A stretch of DNA of 64,000 nt from Bdellovibrionota bacterium. GTDB taxonomy: Bacteria; Bdellovibrionota_G; JALEGL01; DATDPG01. Below, one piece after another: positions 1-11,651 of this stretch. Where the stretch lies: contig OY764265.1 of assembly GCA_963668355.1 (NCBI GenBank), positions 1,568,001 through 1,632,000 of the forward strand, written 5' to 3'. A program made the position numbers and the translations under genes. A model generated the notes under the pieces. It was not told where the DNA came from. It made no database searches and saw only the letters and a list, made by a program, of their open reading frames with translations. How positions within the stretch are numbered: position 1 is the stretch's first letter; each line of letters starts with the position of its first letter.

Positions 1-22
1 CGCGGGCTCGATCTTCAAGACT

Positions 23-1938
<1,916 letters not shown>

Positions 1939-2033
1939 TGGCCAGCAATGTAACAAAAACATGGCCGTTCACGAAGCAAACGTTTTGTTTTGAGAGCCTT
2001 GAAAAGAAAGGGATTGCGGCTAGTATGCGGCTC

Positions 2034-2810
2034 ATGATGGAACTGAAAGACAAAGTGGCGGTAATTACAGGGGCTTCGAGTGGCTTCGGAGAGTCCATAG
2101 CTTGGAACCTTGCGGAAGCTGGCATGAAACTCGCTCTTGGTGCGCGAAGGGTCGATCGTTTGGAGAACATGGCTACGAAGCTTAATGGTCACGGGGCCAG
2201 CCAAGTATGGTTTCAAAAACTCGATGTTTGTGATGAAAAAAGCTCTCAGGATTTTGCTCAAGGGGCGTTAAAGGAGTTTGGACATGTTGATGCCTTGATC
2301 AATAACGCTGGATTGGCCTTGGGGAAAGATGAGGTCTCGGAGGCGGAATTGGCGGATTGGGAAAAAATGATGGATACCAATTTTTTGGGCATTTTTCGGG
2401 TGACCCAACCCATTCTCAAGTCCATGAAAGAAAGGAATGCCGGTCACATTCTTCAGATTGGATCCATTGCGGGACATGATCCCTACGAGGGCGGTGGAGC
2501 TTATTGTGCCAGTAAGTTTGCCGTAAAAGCTTTTACACGGGTTTTGAGGCGCGAGCTGGTGGGGTCGAATCTTCGAGTTACCACGATTGATCCCGGACTG
2601 GCTGAAACAGAATACTCCATCGTGCGTTTTAAAGGGGATCAAGCCAAGGCCGATGCAACTTATAATGGGATTCGTCCATTGCAAGCGACCGACGTGGCGG
2701 AGGCGGTTCGTTTTGCCCTCAGCCGTCCCTTGCATGTAAACATTGATGAAATGGTTTTGACCTGCATCGATCAAGCGGGTGCGACCAAAGTCGTTCGACA
2801 ATCAAACTAA
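2034..2810 (+). CDS. SDR family NAD(P)-dependent oxidoreductase (YdfG-like)
   Basis: TGASSGFG, NNAGLALG, YCASK catalytic motif, DPGLAETEYS. Start at 2034 or 2037. Confidence 0.92.
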   Translation: MMELKDKVAVITGASSGFGESIAWNLAEAGMKLALGARRVDRLENMATKLNGHGASQVWFQKLDVCDEKSSQDFAQGALKEFGHVDALINNAGLALGKDEVSEAELADWEKMMDTNFLGIFRVTQPILKSMKERNAGHILQIGSIAGHDPYEGGGAYCASKFAVKAFTRVLRRELVGSNLRVTTIDPGLAETEYSIVRFKGDQAKADATYNGIRPLQATDVAEAVRFALSRPLHVNIDEMVLTCIDQAGATKVVRQSN

Positions 2811-2813
2811 ATT

Positions 2814-3647
2814 TTATCTGAATTCCAGAGTTTGGTTGAGTTGTGTGATTTCTAGGATGCTCAACGTTTCAGGTCGGCGTCCGGGATCCAGGCCCGCTCG
2901 GTCGAGTCCTTCATCCACATTCCATTGTTCTTGTTTGGCATCGCGAAGGCTGTTTCGAATGGTTTTTCGTCGATGCTGAAATAGAAAAGCCACCAATTTT
3001 AGAAAATTTTCCAAATGTGATTCTTCGACCAAGGGCTGTGTTCGTGGAGTGAGGCGCAAAAGGGCGGAGTCGACATCCGGTTTGGGGTAAAAACTCCCCG
3101 GAGAAATTTTGGGCCCTTTTTCAACCTCGCATAAGGTTTGGATCCAAATGCTCAGACGGCCGTAGTCAGACTCTCCCGTTTGAGCAGAAACGCGATCGGC
3201 CACTTCTCTTTGAACCAGCAGCGACATGGAGGAAATTCGTTTTCTTCCTTCCAGCAGTTTTTCCAAGAGAGGTGTTGAGACGGAATAGGGAAGATTGGAC
3301 ACGACGCGAATTTTTTCTTGGTTGGGTATCGAGATTTCTTCCCAATTGAGTTTGAGTGCATCCAAGTGGAACAAGTGTTTCCAAGGTGGATTTTGGGGCC
3401 ATCGGTCCCTCAATAATTTTACGAGGCCCTTGTCTTTTTCAATGGCAATGACGTTGGCGTGTTTTCGGGCCAAGGCTTCTGTGAGCGCTCCTAGGCCGGG
3501 TCCAATCTCTAGGACCCACTCATCCGTTTGGACATTGGACCATTTTGCGATTTTATCGGCGCTGTCTGCGTGTACGAGAAAATTTTGTCCCAAAGATTTT
3601 TGAGGCCGCAACCCATATTCACGCAAAAGTTTTTGAGGAGAACTCAT
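2814..3647 (-). CDS. rsmA: 16S rRNA m6,2A dimethyltransferase RsmA/KsgA
   Basis: KSLGQNFL, LEIGPGLGALT, NLPYSVS, QREVADR, FYPKPDVDS. Confidence 0.97.
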   Translation of the reverse strand: MSSPQKLLREYGLRPQKSLGQNFLVHADSADKIAKWSNVQTDEWVLEIGPGLGALTEALARKHANVIAIEKDKGLVKLLRDRWPQNPPWKHLFHLDALKLNWEEISIPNQEKIRVVSNLPYSVSTPLLEKLLEGRKRISSMSLLVQREVADRVSAQTGESDYGRLSIWIQTLCEVEKGPKISPGSFYPKPDVDSALLRLTPRTQPLVEESHLENFLKLVAFLFQHRRKTIRNSLRDAKQEQWNVDEGLDRAGLDPGRRPETLSILEITQLNQTLEFR

Positions 3648-4645
3648 TTGGAAAAGAGAGGAAACGTTGCGACCGCATTGAGGTTGATGTCATCTTTCTC
3701 GCCTTGGGCTAACCGGGCGGTTCCGGCTGCAGCGATCATGGCTGCATTGTCTGTGCATAAGGAAAGAGGAGGAATGAACAGTTGGTAGCCACGTTTTGTG
3801 CCTTCTTCATGCATCCGTTCTCGGAAACGCGAATTCTTTGCGACGCCTCCACAAATTGCCACCTCTTGCACGCCCTCCCTTTCGGCAGCGGCAAATAACT
3901 TTGTGATCAAAACATCGACGATGGCTTCTTGGTAACTTGCAGATACATCGGCCAAGACTTGTCCTTGAGGCATTCCGTTTTTTTGAATCCACTGGGCCAG
4001 CGAGGTCTTGAGCCCGCTGAAACTGAATCCTTCTTGATTTAAAGCTGGGCGAGGAAATGCGTAGGCATCCCGATGGCCGGTTTGAGCTTTTTCGTCGATG
4101 GCTTGGCCTCCTGGAAATCCGAGTCCCAAGAGTTTCGCTCCTTTGTCGAACGCTTCCCCGGAGGCATCGTCGCGGGTTTGTTCGAGGAGTTGGTAAGTTT
4201 TTGAATCTTTAAGGGAAAAAAGGCTGGTGTGGCCTCCGGATGCAACCAGTCCCACCAATGGAAAGGAGGGCGGCTGCTCATCGAGTAAGGCAGCGGTTAG
4301 GTGTCCTTCAATGTGGTGAACCCCTACCAAGGGAATTCCTTTGGCGTAGCTGATGGCTTTTGCGGCAGAAAGCCCCACGAGGAGGGAGCCAATCAAGCCA
4401 GGACCTTGAGTGGCTGCGATGCCGTCAATTTCCTCCAGTGAAACGTGTGCCTTTTCCAACGCCCGTTCAATGACGTCCAAGACGGCCGTGATATGTCTTC
4501 GAGAGGCCAATTCGGGGACAACACCACCATAGGGGGTATGAACCTCATCTTGTGATATGACCTCATTGGAAAGGATCTCGCGACCATTCTTTACGACCGC
4601 CGCGGCCGTTTCATCGCAAGAACTTTCAATGCCCAAAACAATCAT
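3644..4645 (-). CDS. tsaD: tRNA threonylcarbamoyltransferase TsaD
   Basis: LGIESSCDET, GGVVPELASRRH, HHIEGH, SGGHT, FSFSGLKT, CTDNAAMI. Start at ATG 4645. Confidence 0.98.
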   Translation of the reverse strand: MIVLGIESSCDETAAAVVKNGREILSNEVISQDEVHTPYGGVVPELASRRHITAVLDVIERALEKAHVSLEEIDGIAATQGPGLIGSLLVGLSAAKAISYAKGIPLVGVHHIEGHLTAALLDEQPPSFPLVGLVASGGHTSLFSLKDSKTYQLLEQTRDDASGEAFDKGAKLLGLGFPGGQAIDEKAQTGHRDAYAFPRPALNQEGFSFSGLKTSLAQWIQKNGMPQGQVLADVSASYQEAIVDVLITKLFAAAEREGVQEVAICGGVAKNSRFRERMHEEGTKRGYQLFIPPLSLCTDNAAMIAAAGTARLAQGEKDDINLNAVATFPLFSK

Positions 4646-4714
4646 TAAGCCGCATTTACTGAAAATACCCTCTAAAAACAAGGGGAGAGGCAAAAGTGAT
4701 GAACGAGGACTCTT

Positions 4715-5545
4715 TTAAAGAGCCGTGAGCTTTTTTTGAGCTTTGGATGCTTCCCGTGTGTTTGGGCATTTCTTGGTAACTTCAACGAGAAAAATGCGGG
4801 CTTTATCTTTCTCATCCCGAGCTAAGAAGGCATACCCTTGTTTTAAACGAGCGGCGCAGACCTTTTCACTCTTTGGATACGAATCGATGACCTTTTGAAA
4901 TTCTTTGATGGATTTTGCGAAATCTTCTTTTGCAAAATAGCTCTCGCCTTTCCAATACTGTGCATTTGCAGCCAAAGAGCTTTTGGGGTGCTCTTTTAAA
5001 AATTGGTCAAATTGAATGATGGCTTGGTCATAATCTTTTTGATCGCGAATCAATCGAAGAATTTGATTGTATCGAGTGATGTCATCTACGGTAACGCTTG
5101 AACGTTCTTTCGGGCTAGCCCCGGAAAGTTCAGCGTGCTTTTGGGTAGGGGAAGAAGAGCCTTTTTCCAACTCAGAAATTCGAAGATCCACGTCCTCTTT
5201 AAATCTTCGGGTCTCTTCTCGTTGAGTTTCGATTTCATGGCGCAGGACATCGATTTGCCCTTTTAGGGTTCGGATTTCCTGGCGAATGTCTTCTATATAA
5301 ACGGCATGATCGGCGCGAAATTGCCGGTTGGATTTCTCCGTGTCCTCAATTTTACCTTCCCAACGGTCCACAATTTGCTCCAAGCGGGAAAGCCGAGTGT
5401 TGAGGTAGTCAATTTGACTGGGAGGTTTTTTTCCTTTTTCGGGGCCTTGGAGAGGCATCGATTGGCAGGCTGAAAGGGCCAGCACCAGAAAAAGGAAAAA
5501 AGGGTGAAGCGGACTTCGCTTCACCCTTTTGACTAAGTTTGTCAC
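4715..5545 (-). CDS. cpoB: Tol-Pal associated TPR protein CpoB/YbgF
   Basis: Lipobox LALSAC, coiled coil, C-terminal TPRs (NAQYWKGESYF, YPKSEK, LKQGY). Directly downstream of pal. Confidence 0.88.
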   Translation of the reverse strand: MTNLVKRVKRSPLHPFFLFLVLALSACQSMPLQGPEKGKKPPSQIDYLNTRLSRLEQIVDRWEGKIEDTEKSNRQFRADHAVYIEDIRQEIRTLKGQIDVLRHEIETQREETRRFKEDVDLRISELEKGSSSPTQKHAELSGASPKERSSVTVDDITRYNQILRLIRDQKDYDQAIIQFDQFLKEHPKSSLAANAQYWKGESYFAKEDFAKSIKEFQKVIDSYPKSEKVCAARLKQGYAFLARDEKDKARIFLVEVTKKCPNTREASKAQKKLTAL

Positions 5546-5557
5546 AAAAAACGTAAC

Positions 5558-6085
5558 TTACTGATTAGCAACCAAAGCAGCCCGGCGGTTGGTGGCCCAA
5601 GCGCTTTCGTTACTGCCCATGTCCAAAGGCCGTTCTTCACCATAGCTAATGGTGCTGAGTTGGTTTCGATCCACACCCATGCGCACCAAATAACTGTAGA
5701 CGGCATCCGCACGTTTTTCACCTAAGGCAAGGTTGTATTCATTGCTTCCTCGCTCATCGCAATGGCCTTCAATTGTTACACGAAGATCGGTTTTCTTCAT
5801 CAAGGCTTCAGCAGCCGCCTGAAGTTTTTCCATGTCTTCGGAGCGAATGGTGGCTCGGTCAAAATCAAAATGAACAACGGGAAGAGAAAGCATGTCATCC
5901 ATGCCTGACATATCGGTCTCTTCAACCATGGTTTCTTCGGTCTCTTCCATGACACCCTCGTCCATCGGTGTTGATTCTTCGATGGCCGAAGAAGCCGTTT
6001 CAGGCTCAGATTTGGAGGCGCATCCGGCAAAAACCCAAGCACCAACCAATAGAAGTGAAAGCGTAATCCTTAAACTGCGACCCAT
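5558..6085 (-). CDS. pal: Peptidoglycan-associated lipoprotein Pal
   Basis: Lipobox FAGC and OmpA_C motifs VHFDFD, IEGHCDERGSNEYNLALGEKRA, SYGEERP, NRRA. Confidence 0.96.
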   Translation of the reverse strand: MGRSLRITLSLLLVGAWVFAGCASKSEPETASSAIEESTPMDEGVMEETEETMVEETDMSGMDDMLSLPVVHFDFDRATIRSEDMEKLQAAAEALMKKTDLRVTIEGHCDERGSNEYNLALGEKRADAVYSYLVRMGVDRNQLSTISYGEERPLDMGSNESAWATNRRAALVANQ

Positions 6086-6180
6086 GAAGTCCTCCTCAAT
6101 AAAGGGAATAAATACGATAAGGTTTTAAAATTACTAGGGAAAATATGGAAGTCATTTTCCTTTGTCAACCCATTTTTCCC

Positions 6181-6210
6181 TTGCACTTGTCCCCCGTACC
6201 TGGCTATATT
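6181..6210 (+). promoter_or_regulatory. Putative sigma-70 promoter of the nusA operon
   Basis: TTGCAC-N18-TATATT just upstream of the leader hairpin. Confidence 0.45.
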
Positions 6211-6217
6211 GCGCCCG

Positions 6218-6247
6218 AAAGTGGGCCCAAAGCCCGCTTTTTTATTT
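6218..6247 (+). terminator. Leader terminator/attenuator hairpin upstream of nusA (rimP/nusA-leader type)
   Basis: AAAGTGGGC-CCAAA-GCCCGCTTT followed by a T-tract, between the promoter and nusA. Confidence 0.7.
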
Positions 6248-6275
6248 GTTATGGCTTACGGACGGGAATGGCGAA

Positions 6276-7856
6276 ATGTCACAAGGAATGTTTAAAGGCT
6301 TAAATCGAGAAATCGAATTGCTCGCGCGCGATAAAGGCATCGATAAGATGGTTATTATTGACGCGGTGAAAAGTGCTTTTTTGACGGCGGCGCGAAAACG
6401 GTTTGGGGCCGACAAAGAAATCGAAGCGCACTTTAACGAAGTCGAAGAAGAAATCGAATTGTTTGAGTTTTTGAACGTCGTCGAAAAGGCGGCGGATCCG
6501 CTTCATGAAATTTCATTTGACGAAGCCAAGAAACACGATCCTGAGTGCGAACTCGGAGATGTCATCGGTTTGAAAATGAAAAGCGAGGAGCTGGGTCGAA
6601 TTGCGGCTCAGACCGCCAAGCAGGTGATCATCCAGAAGTTGCGAGATGCGGAGTCCGAGATCATTCATGATGAATATAAGGATAGAGAAGGCACGTTGAT
6701 TGCTGGAATTGTCCGACATTTTGAAAAAGGAAACATCATGATCGATCTGGGGAGAACGGAAGCCATTCTCCCGATGTCGGAACAAGTTCCTCGAGAACAT
6801 TATCGCCCAGGGGATCGAATCCAAACCTACGTCATGGATATTCTTCGTTCATCACGCGGAGCACAAATTGTGGTTTCTCGGGCGCATACGGGTCTGCTTG
6901 TAAAACTCTTTGAGAACGAAGTTCCTGAAATTTACGAAGGCATTGTGAGGATCGAATCCGCGGCTCGCGAGCCGGGCGGAAGGGCAAAGATTGCCGTTTC
7001 CTCCAAAGATTCCGATGTTGATCCCGTGGGAGCTTGTGTGGGCATGAAAGGGGCTCGCGTGCAGGCCGTGGTTCAAGAGCTTCGGGGAGAAAAAATTGAC
7101 ATTGTTCAGTGGAATCCAGATCCAGCTCGGTATGTTTGCAATGCCATTCAGCCCGCGGAGGTTTCTCGCGTCATTTTGGATGAGCCCAATCTATCGATGG
7201 AATTGATTGTTCCGGATGATCAGTTGTCGTTGGCCATCGGAAAGAAAGGACAGAATGTTCGCCTGGCTGCAAAACTCACGGGCTGGAAAATTGATATTCA
7301 CAGTGAGTCCAAAATTAAAGACATGGCTGAGTTGGGCCGCTCCCTTCTTATGGAGATTGAAGGAATCGGGGATAACCTCGCCGAGCTTCTCTACGCCCAA
7401 GGCATTATTTCTCCGGAAGTGCTCGCGACTTATGACGCTCAACAATTGATGGCTCTGACCGGATTGGAACAAGAAAAAGTCGACGAAATTAAGCAAAAAT
7501 GTGTGGTGTGGGCGGAGGCCGCCAAGAGAAAGGCCGAAGCCGATGCCAAAGAGTTGGCTGAAATGGAAGGTTTGACGCCGGAAATGGTGGAGAACTTGAA
7601 AAAAGGTGGATACGTAAGTGTTGCGATGTTGGCGGAAGCCGAACCTGGAGACATTGCTCGAAGAGGCGAAATGGATCTCGAGACGGCAATTCGTGTGGTT
7701 CGCTTGGCCAAGGAAATGCATCCTGAAGTTGTGGAAAAATTAGAGGCCGCCAAAGCGGCGTTGAGAGAAGAGACATCTGAGGAGCCGAATGTGGAGGTTG
7801 CTCAGAACAATGCGGGTTCGCAGGAATCTACGCAAAACGAAAATCAGGGGAGTTAG
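6276..7856 (+). CDS. nusA: Transcription termination/antitermination factor NusA with long acidic HhH-type C-terminus
   Basis: [12 protein letters not shown]1 and KH motifs, [36 protein letters not shown]. Start at 6276 or 6288. Confidence 0.98.
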   Translation: MSQGMFKGLNREIELLARDKGIDKMVIIDAVKSAFLTAARKRFGADKEIEAHFNEVEEEIELFEFLNVVEKAADPLHEISFDEAKKHDPECELGDVIGLKMKSEELGRIAAQTAKQVIIQKLRDAESEIIHDEYKDREGTLIAGIVRHFEKGNIMIDLGRTEAILPMSEQVPREHYRPGDRIQTYVMDILRSSRGAQIVVSRAHTGLLVKLFENEVPEIYEGIVRIESAAREPGGRAKIAVSSKDSDVDPVGACVGMKGARVQAVVQELRGEKIDIVQWNPDPARYVCNAIQPAEVSRVILDEPNLSMELIVPDDQLSLAIGKKGQNVRLAAKLTGWKIDIHSESKIKDMAELGRSLLMEIEGIGDNLAELLYAQGIISPEVLATYDAQQLMALTGLEQEKVDEIKQKCVVWAEAAKRKAEADAKELAEMEGLTPEMVENLKKGGYVSVAMLAEAEPGDIARRGEMDLETAIRVVRLAKEMHPEVVEKLEAAKAALREETSEEPNVEVAQNNAGSQESTQNENQGS

Positions 7857-7865
7857 GGATTTTTC

Positions 7866-10316
7866 ATGGATGAGAACAACACAACGTCAACCGAGAGCGC
7901 GGACGCTGCGGCAGAAACGGTGATTACGGAAAAACGGGTCACGCGCACGGTGATTCGTCGCCGGGCCAAGACAGCCCCTACAACTCCGGAAGATTCCGTT
8001 GAAGAAAAAAAGGAAGTCGCTGCCGTCGAAGTTGAAAAACCGGTGGTAGAGGAACCCAAGGTTGAAAAAGAAAAGACCGAACAAAAGGCTGCGGTTGAAC
8101 CGAAAAAAGAACCCGCGAAGAAGAAAGAACGTAAATCCGTTTTAAAGAAGGCGGCTGAGGTTAAAATTCCAGAGCCTCGAGTGGTTCAGGCGGCTCCCCC
8201 AAAAGTTGAATCGGAAATTGTACCGGAAGTCCAAGAAGGCGAGGGAGAAGGGTCTGTGGATAAGCCTTCCCCGTATCAGGATGCCTATAAAAGGATCAAG
8301 GTTGTAAAAGCTTCAGAAAAAGAAATCAAAGCTTCGGTTGTGAAAGAGGCTCCCAAAAAGCCTCCCATGCCGGCAACGCCTTCGACTCCGAGGGTCGCAA
8401 AAGCCACGGTAGATCCTTCGGCCAATCGTCTTACGCGAAAAGAAGTCATTGAAGTTCGCAACTACCATAAGCCAAAGGTGGGACGTAAAAAGAGACTGGC
8501 TCCCGGGAAAAAAGCCAAGAAGACAGAGATTACCATTCCAAAAGCCAGTAAGCGTGTGATCAAAATCGCCGATACGATTCAGGTGGCTGAGCTGGCCAAG
8601 CGAATGAGTGTGAAAGTTCGAGAAGTCATTCAAAAGCTGGTTGGCATGGGAATGATGGTTACGATCAACCAGTCGATCGATTTGGATACCGCGACGATTG
8701 TAGCCAATGAGTTTGGCTACGAAATCGAAAACATTGCAACCGTTCCAGAAGATCTTTTGGTCATGGACCAACAGAGTCAGGAAGCCGATAAAGAGGAAGA
8801 TCTTCTTCCAAGGGCTCCCGTAGTTACCGTTATGGGGCATGTCGATCATGGAAAGACCTCATTGCTGGATGCCATTCGGAAAACAGATGTCGTTTCTAAA
8901 GAAGCGGGAGGCATCACGCAGCATATCGGTGCGTATTCGGTGAAAACCGAAGCGAATAAAATGGTGACCTTCGTGGACACGCCGGGTCACGAAGCGTTTA
9001 CCGCCATGCGTGCACGTGGAGCTCAAATCACGGATGTCGTCATCCTAGTTGTCGCGGCAGACGATGGGGTGATGCCCCAAACCAAAGAAGCCGTGAATCA
9101 CGCCAAATCAGCGAAAGTCCCAATCATTGTGGCCATCAATAAGATGGATAAAGATGGGGCTGATCCGGATCGCGTCAAGAAGGCTTTGACCGAATTTGAA
9201 ATGGTTCCCGAGGAATGGGGAGGGGATACTCTTTATGTTCCGGTTTCTGCAAAAACCGGAGAAGGCATTCCCCAACTTTTGGAAATGCTCGCATTGCAGT
9301 CTGAAATGTTGGAGCTTCGAGCCAATCCCGATCGCCTCGCCCAAGGAAGTGTTGTTGAGTCTCGTCTGGATCGAAGACGAGGGTCCGTTACGACGATCTT
9401 GGTGCAGAGAGGAACCCTCAAAGAGGGTGACTCCATTGTAGCTGGAGATCACTATGGCCGAATTCGAGTGATGGTCGATGATCGTGGGCGACCCATCAAG
9501 AAAGCAGGTCCATCCACCCCGGTTGAGATTACTGGAATGACGGGAGTTCCTGATGCTGGTGATGTGGTCATTGCTGTAGAAAATGAAAAGAAAGCCAAAC
9601 AGGTTTCGGATCTTCGAAAAGAGCGGTCTCGTGAGAAAGAGCTTTCTACAACATCCAAAGTTTCCTTGGATGATCTGTATCAACAAATTCAAAAGGGCGA
9701 CGTGAAAGAGCTCAAAGTGATCGTCAAGGCCGACACCATGGGCTCTGTGGAAGTTTTGACCGATACCCTTAAGAAGCTTTCCACTGCGAAAGTAGGCGTG
9801 AATGTGATTCACGGTGCGGTGGGAGCGGCCACGGAAAGTGACATTTACTTGGCCACCGCCTCGGATGCCATCATTGTGTGTTTTCATGTTCGTCCGGATG
9901 CGAATGCAAGAACACTGGCCGATCGAGCGAAGGTTGATCTTCGTACTTACGAAATCATTTACGAATTGACGGAAGACATCACAAAGGCCATGGCCGGTTT
10001 GTTGGCTCCGAAAATCGTTGAAAATGTTTTGGGAAGAGCAGAAGTTAAAGACATCTTCACCATTCCGAAAATTGGTACTGTGGCCGGGTGTGGCGTGACG
10101 GATGGAAAAATTCTTCGCAATGCTAAGGTTCGTTTGCTTCGAGATGATGTGAAAATTTATGAAGGGACATTAAGTTCGCTTCGCAGATTCAAAGACGATG
10201 TGCGTGAAGTCGCCAACGGCTTGGAATGTGGTATCGGAATCGCCAACTATAATGATGTTAAAGTAGGCGATGTCATCGAAGCCTTTCAAGTCGAAGAAAT
10301 CGCAGCTGAATTATAG
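7866..10316 (+). CDS. infB: Translation initiation factor IF-2
   Basis: GHVDHGKTSLLD, GGITQHIGAY, DTPGHEAF, NKMD, SLRRFKDDV. Confidence 0.99.
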   Translation: MDENNTTSTESADAAAETVITEKRVTRTVIRRRAKTAPTTPEDSVEEKKEVAAVEVEKPVVEEPKVEKEKTEQKAAVEPKKEPAKKKERKSVLKKAAEVKIPEPRVVQAAPPKVESEIVPEVQEGEGEGSVDKPSPYQDAYKRIKVVKASEKEIKASVVKEAPKKPPMPATPSTPRVAKATVDPSANRLTRKEVIEVRNYHKPKVGRKKRLAPGKKAKKTEITIPKASKRVIKIADTIQVAELAKRMSVKVREVIQKLVGMGMMVTINQSIDLDTATIVANEFGYEIENIATVPEDLLVMDQQSQEADKEEDLLPRAPVVTVMGHVDHGKTSLLDAIRKTDVVSKEAGGITQHIGAYSVKTEANKMVTFVDTPGHEAFTAMRARGAQITDVVILVVAADDGVMPQTKEAVNHAKSAKVPIIVAINKMDKDGADPDRVKKALTEFEMVPEEWGGDTLYVPVSAKTGEGIPQLLEMLALQSEMLELRANPDRLAQGSVVESRLDRRRGSVTTILVQRGTLKEGDSIVAGDHYGRIRVMVDDRGRPIKKAGPSTPVEITGMTGVPDAGDVVIAVENEKKAKQVSDLRKERSREKELSTTSKVSLDDLYQQIQKGDVKELKVIVKADTMGSVEVLTDTLKKLSTAKVGVNVIHGAVGAATESDIYLATASDAIIVCFHVRPDANARTLADRAKVDLRTYEIIYELTEDITKAMAGLLAPKIVENVLGRAEVKDIFTIPKIGTVAGCGVTDGKILRNAKVRLLRDDVKIYEGTLSSLRRFKDDVREVANGLECGIGIANYNDVKVGDVIEAFQVEEIAAEL

Positions 10317-10360
10317 TAAACTCTGAACAATCAGAGGAGATCAATTGAAGGGAGGTCTTT

Positions 10361-10729
10361 GTGCAAAACCGTCAACCCTTTCGTCGGGCGGATCGTTATG
10401 CGGATGTGTTAAGGCAAATCGTTTCGGAGGCCCTTCTCAAAAAGTTTCCTCATCTCGGCTTGGAAGAAATCACGATTACGGGCGTTCGGATAACCGATGA
10501 CTTGCAGAATGCCCGCGTATTGTATCGAGTCATGCACCCCGAACACCGCACCGAAGTAGCCAAACAATTGTCAAAAATGACGGGCGCCATTCGCCGAGAA
10601 ACGGGAAAAGAGCTTAAGTCAAAATTTACGCCTCGCTTAACCTTCGAATATGATGACTCGTTGGATTACGGCCATCGCATCGATCAACTCTTGGCATCTG
10701 TTCCAAAAGGAGATTCCGAGGAGGAGTAG
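10361..10729 (+). CDS. rbfA: Ribosome-binding factor A
   Basis: RRADR, ITITGVRITDDLQNARV, TPRLTFEYDDSLDYG. GGAGG RBS with GTG start; canonical position after infB. Confidence 0.93.
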   Translation: MQNRQPFRRADRYADVLRQIVSEALLKKFPHLGLEEITITGVRITDDLQNARVLYRVMHPEHRTEVAKQLSKMTGAIRRETGKELKSKFTPRLTFEYDDSLDYGHRIDQLLASVPKGDSEEE

Positions 10730-10741
10730 AGAAAGCTTCAT

Positions 10742-11647
10742 ATGGATGGCATTCTCGTTATTGATAAACCGAAAGGGATTACTTCTCACGGTGTGGTTTC
10801 CAAAATCCGTCGTCACGTGGGAATGAAACGCGTAGGTCACGCAGGAACGTTGGATCCTGATGCTACTGGAGTGTTGGTTTTGTGTTTGGGTAACGCGACC
10901 AAAATCAGTTCGTGCTTGATGCAGGGGGACAAAACGTATCGGGTCGGATTTCGTCTGGGTGTGATGACCGACACTTATGATTCCACAGGAAACATTCTGG
11001 TTGAGAATGAGGTTTCTGTAGAATCCGAAAAGCTTTTGGCTGAAATCGAAGCATTGAAACGCAAGACTTTGCAGGCACCACCTCCTTATTCGGCCGTGAA
11101 GGTAAAAGGGAAGAAGCTGTATATGTACGCTCGACAAGGGACCAAAGTTGAGGCCCCCTTGAGAGAAATCCATGTGTCAGAATTTTCCCTCCGACGTTTT
11201 GATGGACAGGAAGGGGAAGTGGAAATTGGGTGTTCGAAAGGAACATTCGTTCGCTCTTTGATTCACGACCTGGGAAAAGCCCTTGGCTGTGGGGGAATGA
11301 CGACCTTCATACGACGTACACGGAGTGGACATCTTTCCCTCGATCAAGCTCATTCCCTCGAGGAGCTCTTGAATAAAGACCCAGAGTCCTCCCAGTTTCG
11401 AGATTGTCTGCTTTCGATCAGTCAAGCCACTCCGCATATACCCCAATTAAAGATTTCAAACGAACAACCCATCATCCAGCTTCGGCATGGCATTTCGCTA
11501 ACCTCTTCTCAAGTCAAAGAAGGTCTTTGGAAACATCACGCCGGCAAAGACGGTGAGACCTGTTTGATCATTGATCACGAAGAGGAGGCCGTAGCCTTGG
11601 TTGTGCTTCAGCCAGACTTGAGTATCCGCATTTCACGGGTAATCTAA
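10742..11647 (+). CDS. truB: tRNA pseudouridine(55) synthase
   Basis: DKPKGITSH, GHAGTLDPDATGVL, PPPYSAVKV, CSKGTFVRSL. Confidence 0.98.
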   Translation: MDGILVIDKPKGITSHGVVSKIRRHVGMKRVGHAGTLDPDATGVLVLCLGNATKISSCLMQGDKTYRVGFRLGVMTDTYDSTGNILVENEVSVESEKLLAEIEALKRKTLQAPPPYSAVKVKGKKLYMYARQGTKVEAPLREIHVSEFSLRRFDGQEGEVEIGCSKGTFVRSLIHDLGKALGCGGMTTFIRRTRSGHLSLDQAHSLEELLNKDPESSQFRDCLLSISQATPHIPQLKISNEQPIIQLRHGISLTSSQVKEGLWKHHAGKDGETCLIIDHEEEAVALVVLQPDLSIRISRVI

Positions 11648-11651
11648 TTTA

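Noticed and set aside
6162..6275. Extended N-termini given by the ORF track (nusA, and likewise tsaD, the aminotransferase, the epimerase, the PilX-like gene and the malic enzyme)
   Set aside because: The extensions run through promoters or neighbouring genes; family motifs begin at the downstream starts used here.
6300..9887. Long antisense ORFs opposite nusA/infB (and similar ones opposite pnp, the malic enzyme gene and others)
   Set aside because: Shadow frames of conserved genes with no motifs or RBS.
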